Part shown: in pieces, positions 1-12,500 of the stretch
Layout of the letters: the number at the start of each line of letters is the position of its first letter
Position numbering within the stretch: the stretch's first letter is position 1
Origin: Phoronis australis
Taxonomy: Eukaryota > Animalia > Phoronida
Assembly (NCBI GenBank): GCA_002633005.1
Contig: NMRA01000299.1
Span: forward strand, 331,754 to 395,753
DNA: 64,000 nucleotides
Direction of reading: 5' to 3'
Translations under genes and position numbers: made by a program
The notes under the pieces: model-generated
What the model saw: only the letters and a program-made list of their open reading frames with translations
Database searches by the model: none
What the model was told of the DNA's origin: nothing

Positions 1-203
1 ATAAAACATGAGCAAGAGACAGCTGCCTGCACCAATAAATGAAGGTTAGGAACAGGCGACTACAAGGAAAACTCCAGCAGAAATTTCTTTGAAAAAAAGA
101 CATATGGAGATGTAGGCACACTACTCTAAATATGCGCACATACGGCATGCTTGTTCACAACAATATTTCATAAAACAACACCTAGGTTTCATTTTTCAAT
201 GTG

Positions 204-209
204 TTTAAT
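204..209 (-). terminator. Candidate SNRPC polyadenylation signal (ATTAAA)
   Basis: ATTAAA on the minus strand about 245 nt after the stop codon; no transcript evidence. Confidence 0.3.
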
Positions 210-453
210 TTACTTTCAAAAACAAGAAAATACAAAAAATTCAGTTAAAAACAATACATATCTAAGACTCAAGTATCGGACATTTTGTTGCCAAACCAAC
301 TGAAAACCCCCCACAGTCAATCTTCCCAATTCTTGAGTTTCACTTGGTCTCATTCCTTTTCAGTAGCCCTCTGGAGGCTAACCCGGTCTTCATAAATAGA
401 CAGCAAAAATAAGTCCTCCGGTTACTTTCAATATTACAGTTGATTATATCGTG

Positions 454-557
454 CTATTGCGGAGGCCCTCCTTTAGGAGGTCCGGCCAACAGAGGGGGCC
501 TTCCACCACCCATCATAGGAGGTCCCATCATGGGAGGTCCCATCATTCGCATTGGAC
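454..557 (-). CDS. SNRPC: SNRPC coding exon 6 ([34 protein letters not shown])
   Basis: ttcatag| acceptor, in-frame low-complexity tail, TAG stop. Confidence 0.92.
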
Positions 558-3500
558 CTATGAACAGAGAAAGAACATATAAAAGATGTGCGAAAAATTA
601 CAAGTACAAAATGATGCTTCCCATACATATCCCAAAAACAATTAACAAAATTGCTTTCTTAATTTTTTAAGGCCATATTTCTTGCAGAATGGCAAAAGTA
701 AAAATTGTCAAATTGACTACCCAACTTAAAGAATGTAACATCTTCAAGCCTGTAAGCATGAAATTGATCTATTGCAAGCTCCGTCCCCATGTGAAAAGTT
801 TTACATGACAACATGTTGCTTGTCTGGTAAAATGGCGGCTTGGAAATGAAGGTGTGTCAAGAATGCTGCATTCTGATTGATCAGTTAAGCCGTCACTTAA
901 AATCCTGGTGATAGGTCAATTACCAGATTAATAACAACAGCGATGTGGAACATTGAAATGCGCCCATGACTGCACAGCAAACGGTGTACGTCAAGGGGTG
1001 TTTATTTGTATCATAAATTTAATAAATATCCTGCAGAGGGTTTGGGAGATAGTCATAAGCACAAAAAATGCCACTAAGAGGCACCACAGTAGTCCAAGTT
1101 GTTCGAGAATCCTCATCAGCTGGCCTCTTCACAGTAGAAACCTACACACCAATTTTCAAAATCCTCCTCAGTGTCTGGTTGATAGAGGGGCAGATGCCAA
1201 AAATGAATACTAGATGGCGTAACATATGTCGAATCCATTCGAACACAGGAACATGTCATCATTTCTTTAATAAAAGCTATTTATTAAATGGCACGCAAAT
1301 CCGTGGAGAAACTTCGGAGAAACAGTGGAATACAGAAAAACTAAAATTGCCACTAGGGGGCACAGCGTTCGTCAGATCAGCCTGAAAATCGTCATCTTCC
1401 GTTGTCAACTTCATATAAATACACTTGGTAGATTTAACAAAGATCCTGCAGAGGGTTTAGGAGATATAGCCATCACCCTTCAAGTGGTTTGGTAGACAGT
1501 GGGGCGAATGCCAAAAACAGACTTGAAAAGAGTATACATGGCCACTAAGTGGTGCAAAATACCTCGAATTCATACGAAAATGGGAGGATAGCGCCACCTC
1601 ATTAATAGATACCTATCTGCAAAATTTTATGAAAACTCGTTGAGGACCTCTGAAGATACAGAGATAAATGTAAAAAAAATGTCACTAGGGGGCACAACAG
1701 TAGTCCAATCCGTCCGAAAGTCGTCGTCGTCTGTTTTCAACTTCATATAAATACACTTGCTAAATTTGATAAAGACCCTACAGAGCGTTTAGGAGATACA
1801 GACAGGTGCAAAAACAAACAAAGCTGCCACTAGGAGGCGCCACAGCAGTCAAAGTTGTCGGAACATCATTGCCAGCTACCCTCTTCACAGTAAGAACACA
1901 TACGCCAATTTTCACTATCATCTTTGGTGGTTTGGTTGATAGATGGGTGGACGCCAAAAAACAGACTCGAAAACAGTATACATGGCCACTAGGTGGTGAA
2001 AAACACCTCAAATCCATCTGAAAACAGGGTAATAGAGTCATCTCACTGATAGATGCTTATTTGCCACATTTTATGAAAATCCGTTGAGGAAGTCCGAAGA
2101 TAAAGACGTAAACGCAAAAAACTTAAATTCTACTAGGAGGCACACCGGTAGTCAGATAGGACCGAAATATGTCGTCATCTGTCGTAAGCTTCATATGAAC
2201 ACATCTGCCAAATCTCATCAAGATCCTATGAGGGTTTAGGAAATACAGTTGCGAACACCGGATGCCCAGATAGAGATGACAGCAATATGTGCCCACATAT
2301 GAATATGTAGGTCTATAATAATCCCAAAGCTCGACAATTTCTGCACATCTTCACTTACCACCCATCATTGGCATTGGCCCGGGTGGGCCCATCATCATGG
2401 GCATTGGGCCTCCCGGTCCCGGCATTGGGCCAGGTCCACCGCCAGGAGGACCGGGTGGTTTACCACCTGCAAAGAAACCAAGGTGGTGACAGCAAAAACT
2501 GACTAAGGTTAAATGTGACCTAAATTTAAACAAATGAACGGTGCTCCGACACCATCAGTAAAGTCTTACCAATGCCAACTTTTTATTTTTAATGAAACAT
2601 GGCAAAAAACACAGAACAAGCACCTTGTTTTCACGCTGAAAGAATAATGGTGATTTTGTTTCAAAGAAGTTACAAGACGTTCGATAGCCCCCATAGTGGT
2701 CCTGGCTCTGCTATGCTCCTGGCTTGCCTGAGAGTTGATAAATGGAACTGGTTTCGAATACCTTTTTGTGAGCTATACACAAGTGGTTGTCAGACAGTTT
2801 CATGGGACTTGAACACAGAAGGTTGTAGTTAGGGAGGGTGCTATTAATGAGAACTAAATGTGAGTGTTAAACAAAGAGTCTGGTTGCAGATGCATGACTT
2901 TATTGACACAACAGAACACCACTGCTACAATGTTTGCAAGTGTATATAGTCATCCATCTCCGACTCTCTGTTTAACAAATCACAAAAAGCAATTATGGAA
3001 AGAAGTACATGTAAATGGTTACTGTAACAGTGATTTATTGCTTCATCTCAACTTACCAGCTAAACTGGCTGGGGGAGGGATCATGGCCCCACCAGGACCA
3101 GGCTGTCCAGGGCCACCCTGGAATGGGTTGTTGTTTATTTTTCCAGCTTTGAATGCTGCAGCTGTAAAAGACAAATAGATGTGAGAAGAATGTTTAATAG
3201 AGGACTCAACACTGAAATGAACACAGGCTTGTCAAAAATTGAGTCAATCGCTTAACACACATAGTCTGTGTGTTAATGAATTCAAAATGACTCATGACAT
3301 AATGCAGGGCTTGGAATGACCAATGACAAAAAAACGCGGAAACTTTGAAACTTTTACGGCCCAAATCATGCCCGATAAACAGTCTTGAAATGGTCAATGT
3401 GAACCTTTCCCCGACAAAAATCGGGAGGACTAAAAAAAAACGTTACCACCATCAGTAGCATGCGTCTGCGTCATTTTAGCTCGCCCGTCCACTCCCAACC

Positions 3501-6500
3501 CACACATTTTTGGCTGCAGAGCGGTAGTATTTGCCGCCGCGCTTATCAATAACACGAGACGCCATTGAAAATCACACCACGCTGTCCCAGATGCCCCGGC
3601 AATGTTGACAATTTACGTTCCTCCGAAACATAAAGAGCAACTTTCGCTTTTCGAGGTGAACGTCGTCTGCAACGCCGCGGTAAGAAAGGAATTTGCCGCG
3701 GAAATTTTATATCAAATCCGATTTTTTTACGCGGAAATATTATAAAAAAAGCGGAAAGCACATTTGAAAAAAGCGGAAATCCGCGTTTCCGCGGAAAATT
3801 CTAAGCCCTGATAATGAAACTTTAAAGACATAGTTTCACACCAAAACAACAGTTGCTGCTTTTCAAAACAAATAACTCCACTGTGTTAAACTGATGCACA
3901 GGGCAGTTCTTGTCTGCACAGCTTGGTTAATGAGAAAAGCACAGCAGTAATGACCTTATCCCACTTCAGCCCAGTCAGTTCTGAGAACAGGCATATGTGG
4001 TTACACCAGCGTCTGTGATGTCAGACCAGGCAGACAGCTGTGTACTGCAATGGCTACAAGCAGTCAACCCTCCAAAATTTTGCTTGCTTCATATGATAAT
4101 TCTTTTCAACTCCATTTTTTGGCATAACTAAATTGTGTTTTGCCAACGAGATGTAAAGACCAGTGTATCACAGATAATCAGGCCTAATACAAAATATTAG
4201 TTTTCATTTTTTTTCATTTCAGCCGTGAGTAAGAAGGGTGTCACCTTTTAATTTAACCACGTATATAATTGAAATTTGAGTGGAAGTGGCAATATGAATT
4301 ACAAAAACACTTGAATCGGAAGTCTTCTGAACTTGGTTTTTTAAATTCATGTGTTAATCTATTGAAATAATAATAAACCCAAGAAATATTACCTGAAGAT
4401 GCCACTGAACATATTAATTCAGCCGTTCATTATGTCAAGTTGATTTTATCATGCTTTAGTCACTGAGTCATAGAAATCAAAGAACAAATCAGAGAACGAT
4501 TATCATTTAATCCACAGTTCAAATTAAAATCAAGTGTTTTTAGTCGGAATTATATATTTGGTTTCTACAGTGAAAGACTTTCAAGGTAGTTGAAGGTTAC
4601 CGCTAAGTCAAAACTGAAATAATCTCAGTACAGTAAAGTTCATATGTAAGCCAATCTTTTACCAAAATAAGTATAATATAACTTAGAATACAAAGTATTT
4701 TAGAACAACACGACAAATTTACATGATATGAAAGTGGATATGCCTACTATCACCATGGCGACCAGATGTTTCCTTAAACTAAAATTCGACAAGTATGATT
4801 TGAAAAAACAAGAAGTTGCATGGAAAAAGGATTGGAGGCTGGAAGCTTCACAATCCAACATGGCCTATTACTCTAATTAAGAGCCTTTACATTTTGTTGC
4901 CTTGATAACTTGAATTTAGAAAGCAAAAAGTTACAACGCATGTATTAAAAAAAGATTCATACGCAAAATTTAGAAAAATATAAATTATGTTGTGACACAT
5001 AATCAAACCTCAAAGAAAAAACGATTTCAAATCTTTTTAGACTATTGAGTGTATGGTCAATTGAATGGGATATTCACACAATAATTAGAGGATTCCTTAT
5101 ATTTTTTTGCACAAAATAATAGCCATTGTGCAAAGTTGCTCTTTTTATAGCAGCTTTCATCAAAATGTATCAAAGTTAAATCTTCACCAAGCACAAAATA
5201 GCCGACTGAACATGCCCTTCAGTTCAGCGTAAGTCACTATGTTGTCAGTACTGCCAGAAATGAGACGGGAATTGTGAGCACTTTTATCACTCAATAAGTA
5301 ACATGTGCCGGGCTGAAATCTAGTGAAAACTATTGAATCACTCAAAATAGCAGGTATAGATATTTCTCACTTAATTTCATTGTAAAATAATGATGAAAAT
5401 AATTTATACACGGTTTTAAACTCGTAACTTATGCCGCTGTTGTCCAAGATGGCTGACGTGATCCAAACAAATGACCCAAATTTTGCCACCAAAATTGCGA
5501 TACATTTGCACAGCTTAACCCGATTTTGATAATTTTTCAATTTTTTATTGAGTGGGATGCATTATCTTTCCGATTATATTGAAGATGCAAATCGAAAAAA
5601 ATTGGTTGGACAGCCCTACTCTTACTATTCATTCGTCCAGCTAGTGATCGACTAGGCTAAAAATCAATGGATTGCAACGACAGGTAACGAGCATCAAGCT
5701 ATTCAGCACATCCACCTACAAACACTTACCAGTATGTTGCAAAAAATGTAATTCAAAAGAAAAGCAATCTATTGGCTACTTCTAGCACTAATACTGTCCA
5801 ACTGTCCGTCGATACTATCCGCCATTCTGAATGTTAAGTTCAATACTAGCTCAAGGCCCACTAGCTTCTGTAAAGCGATGACATGTACCGTTTCGAATAC
5901 TCTCTAAAGTTCACTCATCCTGGTTTACAACTATACTCTGATTGCATGCTGTCATTCACGAAGCAGTCCATAGAAATATGTTTCCTACATACTACAGAAT
6001 ACGGCAACGCTCCACTCGTGGACTTCGCAAAGTCTTCTCACTTGCGACACAGTCTTGGATCAGTGGGAAACTTGTGCAAAGATACCCCAGCCCTTGGCGT
6101 ATTGCCCCAGCCTCCAACTACACAACAGTCGGGCATTCTTCTTCAAATATTCATTCCAGTTTAAATCTAAAAATCCGTCTAAATTTGAAAAAAAAAAGTT
6201 CTCCTCTTGGCACACAGCAATGGACACTGTGGACAGGCTCGGCAATGATCGGGTCACGTCCCCTTTCGTAACCTGTTGTGACGTTTTTCCGAAGACAGCT
6301 GAAGTTGGAAAAGTTTGTGGTCACAAAATTTTTTGGGGAAGTGTGAGGGTTTTTTAAACGAATTTTAGACGAATATGGGGTATGAAATAAAAAGAAATAC
6401 ATATTAACTACAACTAAATAGCTTTGTACTAATCTCTTTATAATTCTTTTGTCAGTAACAGAGAAAGTCTGGGAAAACCAACCGGGAGCCATTGTTCCAG

Positions 6501-9500
6501 AAATGGAAGTGAAGTGTTAGTTTGCTTTAATTCACGTCTGGATTTTTGTTACACAAATTGATATTTGCCATTGAGTGAAATGGGATTCTAAAGGCAATTG
6601 TCATACTACTGACACAAGACTAGCAATCAAGAAACGGCAGTGAAAATAGCCGAGTTGACAAAGCAATATGTTTAAACTAATATGAAGACGTTTGTAACGA
6701 ACTGTAGAAAGCAGCTCAAAGCACTCGTATCATTAATGTGTTGTCTTTGAGTTTACTCATCTCCAAAAACCGTGAAACAAATTTTTCCAATCATGACATT
6801 TTGTGAGGCTTTTGGGAAAAAGGTAAAATCATTGTTCTGTGCACTCTTTCTTTTATGTTTTTAAGTAGTGACACGTAGCTTCAAAATGATATGGCAACCA
6901 AACATGATGTTTTTGTCTGACCTTAAAATGTTCTTCATTAAAATTCACTGTTTGTTTAAAATCACTCGAAACATCTTTTAACATGAACTCAAAATGTCAC
7001 TGTTAGTCTGTCAGAGATAACAATATATGCCTACATATATCTAAGTTGGCAGACAAAAAATTAGGTGTGGGAATTCACCGTAAAATGGGTGTTTAAATCA
7101 GTCAGTTATGGAATTAAGTAACTGGAAGGCAAAATACATTCAAACCAACAAGTAAACAGCCATACAATATCATCATCGAACACTTATTCACTGAGACTTA
7201 CTCGTTTCATCAACCAACTTCTGTACTTGTTCTTCTAACCATTTCTGGTAGTATGATCGCACATTTTCTTTGTGCTTGCGACCACTGCAATGTGTTTTTC
7301 TTACCGAGGGCTGAAAACAGAGCAGCAGTAATGGCGAGATTAATAAAATAATGAATTTAAACAAATCAGCATTCAATAGACAAGCTCCCAGGTTTCTACG
7401 CTCCATACACATGTTGGGTGAGGATGTGAGGATATAACACCTAATCTCATCAACAGCTAAGAACATTTATTTCAAGCAAAGAGTAAGTGCACTGTTTTGC
7501 ACCAGAGCCTCGCAATCCTCCACACCTAGCTAGATGGACTACGCAACATGTACCTGAATTTAGCAACTCCATCGAGTGCCTATTTTATGGAGAACATTAG
7601 ATCCAATTAACAAATTGCAATTGTGACCCTGAAAGTTTTTTTTTTTTCACTGTGATATATATTTATTGAAGGATACACAGAACATACAAAGAAATAATAA
7701 CAAACCCAGAAACCGTGAAGCATTATACCTGGGTTGTAAACAATTCATAAATGAAACTTATATACATAGAGGTATATACAATTAAGTGGTATCTAACATA
7801 AGTATTCCAATACTTAGACATGCTATTACAGATATATAAAAACAAAAATATGTACAGATTCATGTAGGGAAATCATATGCAACAATATTGATAAACGGTA
7901 CATAAAAATTTGCTAACGTTGCTTAGGAGGAATTCGTTGAGAACAAAGTGAAGGTTAGGACTACCATTCAGTAATAATGTAACTCTAGTAGGGATATTAT
8001 TACAAGAATTGAGAGCGTTTACAATTGACTGGTTATCATTGAGTGCACGAAAGAGCGAGTCTCTCAGGGATTCGATGAGGGGACATTTGAAGAAAATATG
8101 AGGATAAGATTGATGGTCACCACATTTACAGTTTGGAGAGACATTACTAAAGTTGAAAGTTGACTAAGTGTTATGCAATTCTAATACGACTAACAAAGCT
8201 TACCGAATCATGAGTCAAGTATGTGTCACAATAGTCACAGTAATACCTGAAAATAACAAAGCATCAGCTTTAAATACAATTGAAAGATCTCGAGGCTTCC
8301 GCAATGTGACCTTGTACGGATCCTCAGTATAACTAACAAAGGAAAATAACATCTGCAGAGAATTTATTGATCCCCACCAAATTCTAGCAAAGGCCACCTG
8401 CCTGAATAAAAACTCATAAATTGCATGGAACAGTAACGGCATGTTGGAAATTTCACTAGGGCAATAAAATAAATTTAGTCATGCAATTGATAGTATAGTT
8501 TATTCATTAAGGTCTCCCTTTTTTGTTAAATTTTAATAACACAAATCACATTCAAAGGTTTCCTATATTCAGAAAATACATTTACGGAAGACATCTTACT
8601 TATCGCAGACTTGCTAAAGCTTAAATTATTGGGAACCATTTTTCTTCATATTTATTGCTAATTGTGACTTGGGAATTTCAAATCATAACTTCAGAAGATA
8701 AATAATTCAGAGCAAAAAAGTAAGCTTTGCAAAAAGCAGTGGCTTCAACTGTACCATCCTAAACTGCATACTTGAATCAGGAGCTCTCACCTAAAGACCA
8801 AGACCCTAAGATCCAAGAGGTTTTTTTGGGCATGAAAAGGTAACCGATTTTCTTTGATACCACAGTGAACCATGGGTATCCCAATGCTAGGAAATGGACA
8901 TTTGGCAGGTTCGATCTGGTGGGTGTGGTCACCATGATAACGACACTCAAAGACTGAGCTAAATCAACTTTTTTGGTAACCACTTAGAAATACCTGCGAC
9001 ACCTACTGCTCAATTCACTGTATCAAAATTATTCACTACCAGACAATTTCAGTGGTGGGTTACCCCTGCCAGATAAAGATGAGGTCCCATAAAATTGGCT
9101 GCAAAATATTCAACAGAACCCCATGTATCATGAATGAACACTGCCAGACAAATTCAGTGGTGGGTTAACCCTGCCAAACACACCCAGACCTCAGAGTTGA
9201 GCTTGACCAACCTACCAAGAAACCAGTTGAAACCAAGTGCAATGTGTTCCACATCACTCCACAGGTGACAACTACTACATGCAGACAATCTCAGCGGTGG
9301 AATAATTCTGCCGAACAAAAATAAAGCGTCAAAGCTCGAAACAATATTAGCCATAAGGCGTGTGTACACTGAATGAATACAGTACGAGACCTACAATGGT
9401 GGAGTAGTTGGACCAATCACTTCCATTTTCGAAGCCAAAACAGCTGGGCACTATACTATACGTAAAAAGTGGGAGATGTTCGTCTACAAATTTATCGTTT

Positions 9501-12500
9501 ACACGTTCACTAAATTCTAAGGTTGGCACTTTTTCCCGGGCAACATTTGGGAACCCCATCATTTTTTTGTCTAGCAGAGACACCCCACTATTGAAATTGT
9601 CTAGCATGTAACGGTTGTGCGATGTGCAGTCATCCTGAACAATACGTAGTTGGCTTCAACTGCTTACGATACCTGGTGGGTTGATCTAGCTCAACTTTGA
9701 GGTTTAGGGTATGTCTGGCAGGTTTATCCCAACACTGGATTTGTCTAGCAGTGTTATTTCACGATACATTGGGTTATGTTGAATATTTTGTAACCGATGT
9801 TATGCGGTTACTCCTTGGGTTGATCTAGCTCAATTTTGGGACTTCATTACTATTATCTGGCAGAGGCACCCCACCACTGAAATTGTCTGAAACACAACTG
9901 CTTCGCCGTGTCAAGTGATGCTGGATGTTATACAGTTGGTTTCAACCGGTTACCTGGTGGGTTGAGCTAGCTCAATTTGGGCGTGTCTGGTGAGGGTAAT
10001 CCACCACTGAATTTGTCTGGCAGTGTTCATTCATTGGTCTATGATGATCAATTTGTAGCCAATTTCATGCGGTTACCTCTTGGGTTGATCAAGCTCAATT
10101 TTGGGACCACATTATTCTTTATCTGTCAGGGGTACCCCCACCACTGAAATTGTCTGGCAGTGGATAATTTTGATACAGTGAATTGAGTAGTACGCGTCGC
10201 AGGTATTTTTAATTGGTTACCAGAAAAGTTGATCTAGCTCAATTTTTGAGTGTCATTCACATGGCCTCCCTGACAACACCCACCAGAGCGAACCTGCCAG
10301 ATAGCCATTTCTAGCATTGGGATACTCAAGGATCACTGTGGTATCAAAGAACATTGGTTACCTTTTCATGCCCAAAAAACCTCTGAGATTCCGGTCTACT
10401 AGCAGTCATACCTCGTTGTCTCTTAAATTTGATCAAAGCCGCATGAAAGCCATTGCTACCACCAAACACATCACTTTAAAACACTGCTATTTCTCAATCT
10501 TATGACTCAGTGTCTAACATTTTCAACATAAATATCATTTTAAATACAGGTTCTCATGAACCCAGTAAGGGCTGTTCCAGCAAAATCTGTATGGGAGGGG
10601 GGGAAGGCACTTTTATTTCGTACCCACCGCCCATAATTTTCATTTATTTCTCCAACCCATGACCCATAATTTTTTAATTATTTTTAATAGGTTAAAATAT
10701 AAAATCCAACACTTGCAAACAAATTGCCTCCAGGAGGACCTGTTAAGAACTTAGATGATTGACAGACAAGAACTAGTTGTCTTGTCCAATATTGTCAAAA
10801 ATTAGAGTAGCCTGTGAACAATACTTTTGGCAGCCACCAGGTGTCTCTGTTCACCATGTGTCTATAATTTCAATGAACATTTTTTCAATTATAAGGATCT
10901 ATGAATCTCAAACTGTCTCCACAAACTCTTTTATACTTCTATGTCAAGTGAATATTGGAACTTGTTTATCTTACTCCTCATACTTTTTATTTAAAAATCA
11001 TCAATTTTCTTATATGTGTTAACACCAGTTTAGTGTTGCATAACTTTTCAATTCAATAGGACTGCAGACAAGCACTTGGCTCAAATCAAGTTGCCCAGGA
11101 CTTGATTAATGGCTTAGTGAACATATTGCACTCTGTTCACTGGCAATATGAGCTTTTTTGTATTGGGATAAGTTGGGATATATGCCAATCGTATTTCTTT
11201 AGTTTTGATTTCTTTGGAGATGTGTTGGCTGAATTAACCAACCTGTCAATGTTAACAGATCAAAAAATACCATCCATTTTTAATGCATCACTTCTTACAG
11301 GAACGACCACCCATAATTTGAGTTTTTTTCTGAAGACCACCACCCATGAAATTTTATTTCTACTGCCGTCCCCCCCTCCCACACGGATTTTACTGGAACA
11401 GCCCTAAGTCATTTAATGAAAGCAAGCATTTTCCAGAGAACGTCTTATTCCAGACGCCATTTGATCAGAGCAATTCTACCGTAAATTGGATGACGTGATT
11501 GGAGAAAGTTAACCTACTGACCTAGTTTTTACTACAAAGCCATTGAGAGACAAAAGCAAACTTTAAGATCTTATTCTGGGGTAAGCGAAAACAGACGAAG
11601 GAGTCGCGTTTTTGCAACTGGCCTTTTATAGACTGTGAAGGAAACATGAACAGAACAGAAGATAATTACAATACTGTAATCAACATCATCCGTCCTTGGT
11701 CTTTCTGTGGTGTCTTGAAATTTGTCAGTTTTTTAGTTCCTCGGATGTTTGAATTATTTATACTGCTGATGGCAGGCTGCTGACAGTCTTTCAGTGTGCA
11801 ATCAGGCCATCAGGGACGAGCATCTTGATTGGGTTTTAGTCAAGCATGGATAGCTGTAGACAGCGACCACCGTGCTACTGGCACATACGACGGTGGAGCT
11901 CCTATAGGCACTTCATACGGCAGAAGCTTTTTGGCGAATTATGCCTTGCACTGACTAAAACATCAAAGTCACATTGATATAAATACCTTTTGCTCACAAA
12001 TGGACACCTTAGCAGGCTGTCATGCATGTAACTCTTTCCAACTCAAACAAACACTCCCATTATCAAACTTTTTCTTTGAGTAGTCCCTTGTTCAGTTCCC
12101 AAAATCCGTAACTCACCATTTTTAACACTGCGCACGCCAGGTAGTATGACGTCATATCCCCTAGCACGCAATGTTAAAAAGGGTGAGTTATTAATTTTGG
12201 GAACTGAATGAGGGACTCCTCGAAGAAAAAGTTTGATAACGGGAGTATTTGTTCGAGTTGGAAGGAATTAAATACATCGACAGCCTCTTAAGGTGTTCCT
12301 CTATGTGCAAAAGGTATTTATATGAAAGCAGCACTGATGTTTTAGTCAGTGCAAGGCATAATTCGCCAAAATTCTTCCAGCGTATGAAGAGCCTATCGGA
12401 ACTTCACAGTCTCTGCTGCGGAGCCAGTGGAGACTGTGCTCACTTTCAAGGCTTGCCTCCCCCCCCCCGATTTTTAGATGCAGAATTTATCACTCTTTTA

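Noticed and set aside
440-670. Plus-strand Pro/Gly-rich ORF
   Set aside because: It is the antisense shadow of SNRPC exon 6.
4180-7080. Probable further transposon sequence in SNRPC intron 3, including ORFs at 5883-6492
   Set aside because: No matching termini, TSD or recognisable protein motif could be established.
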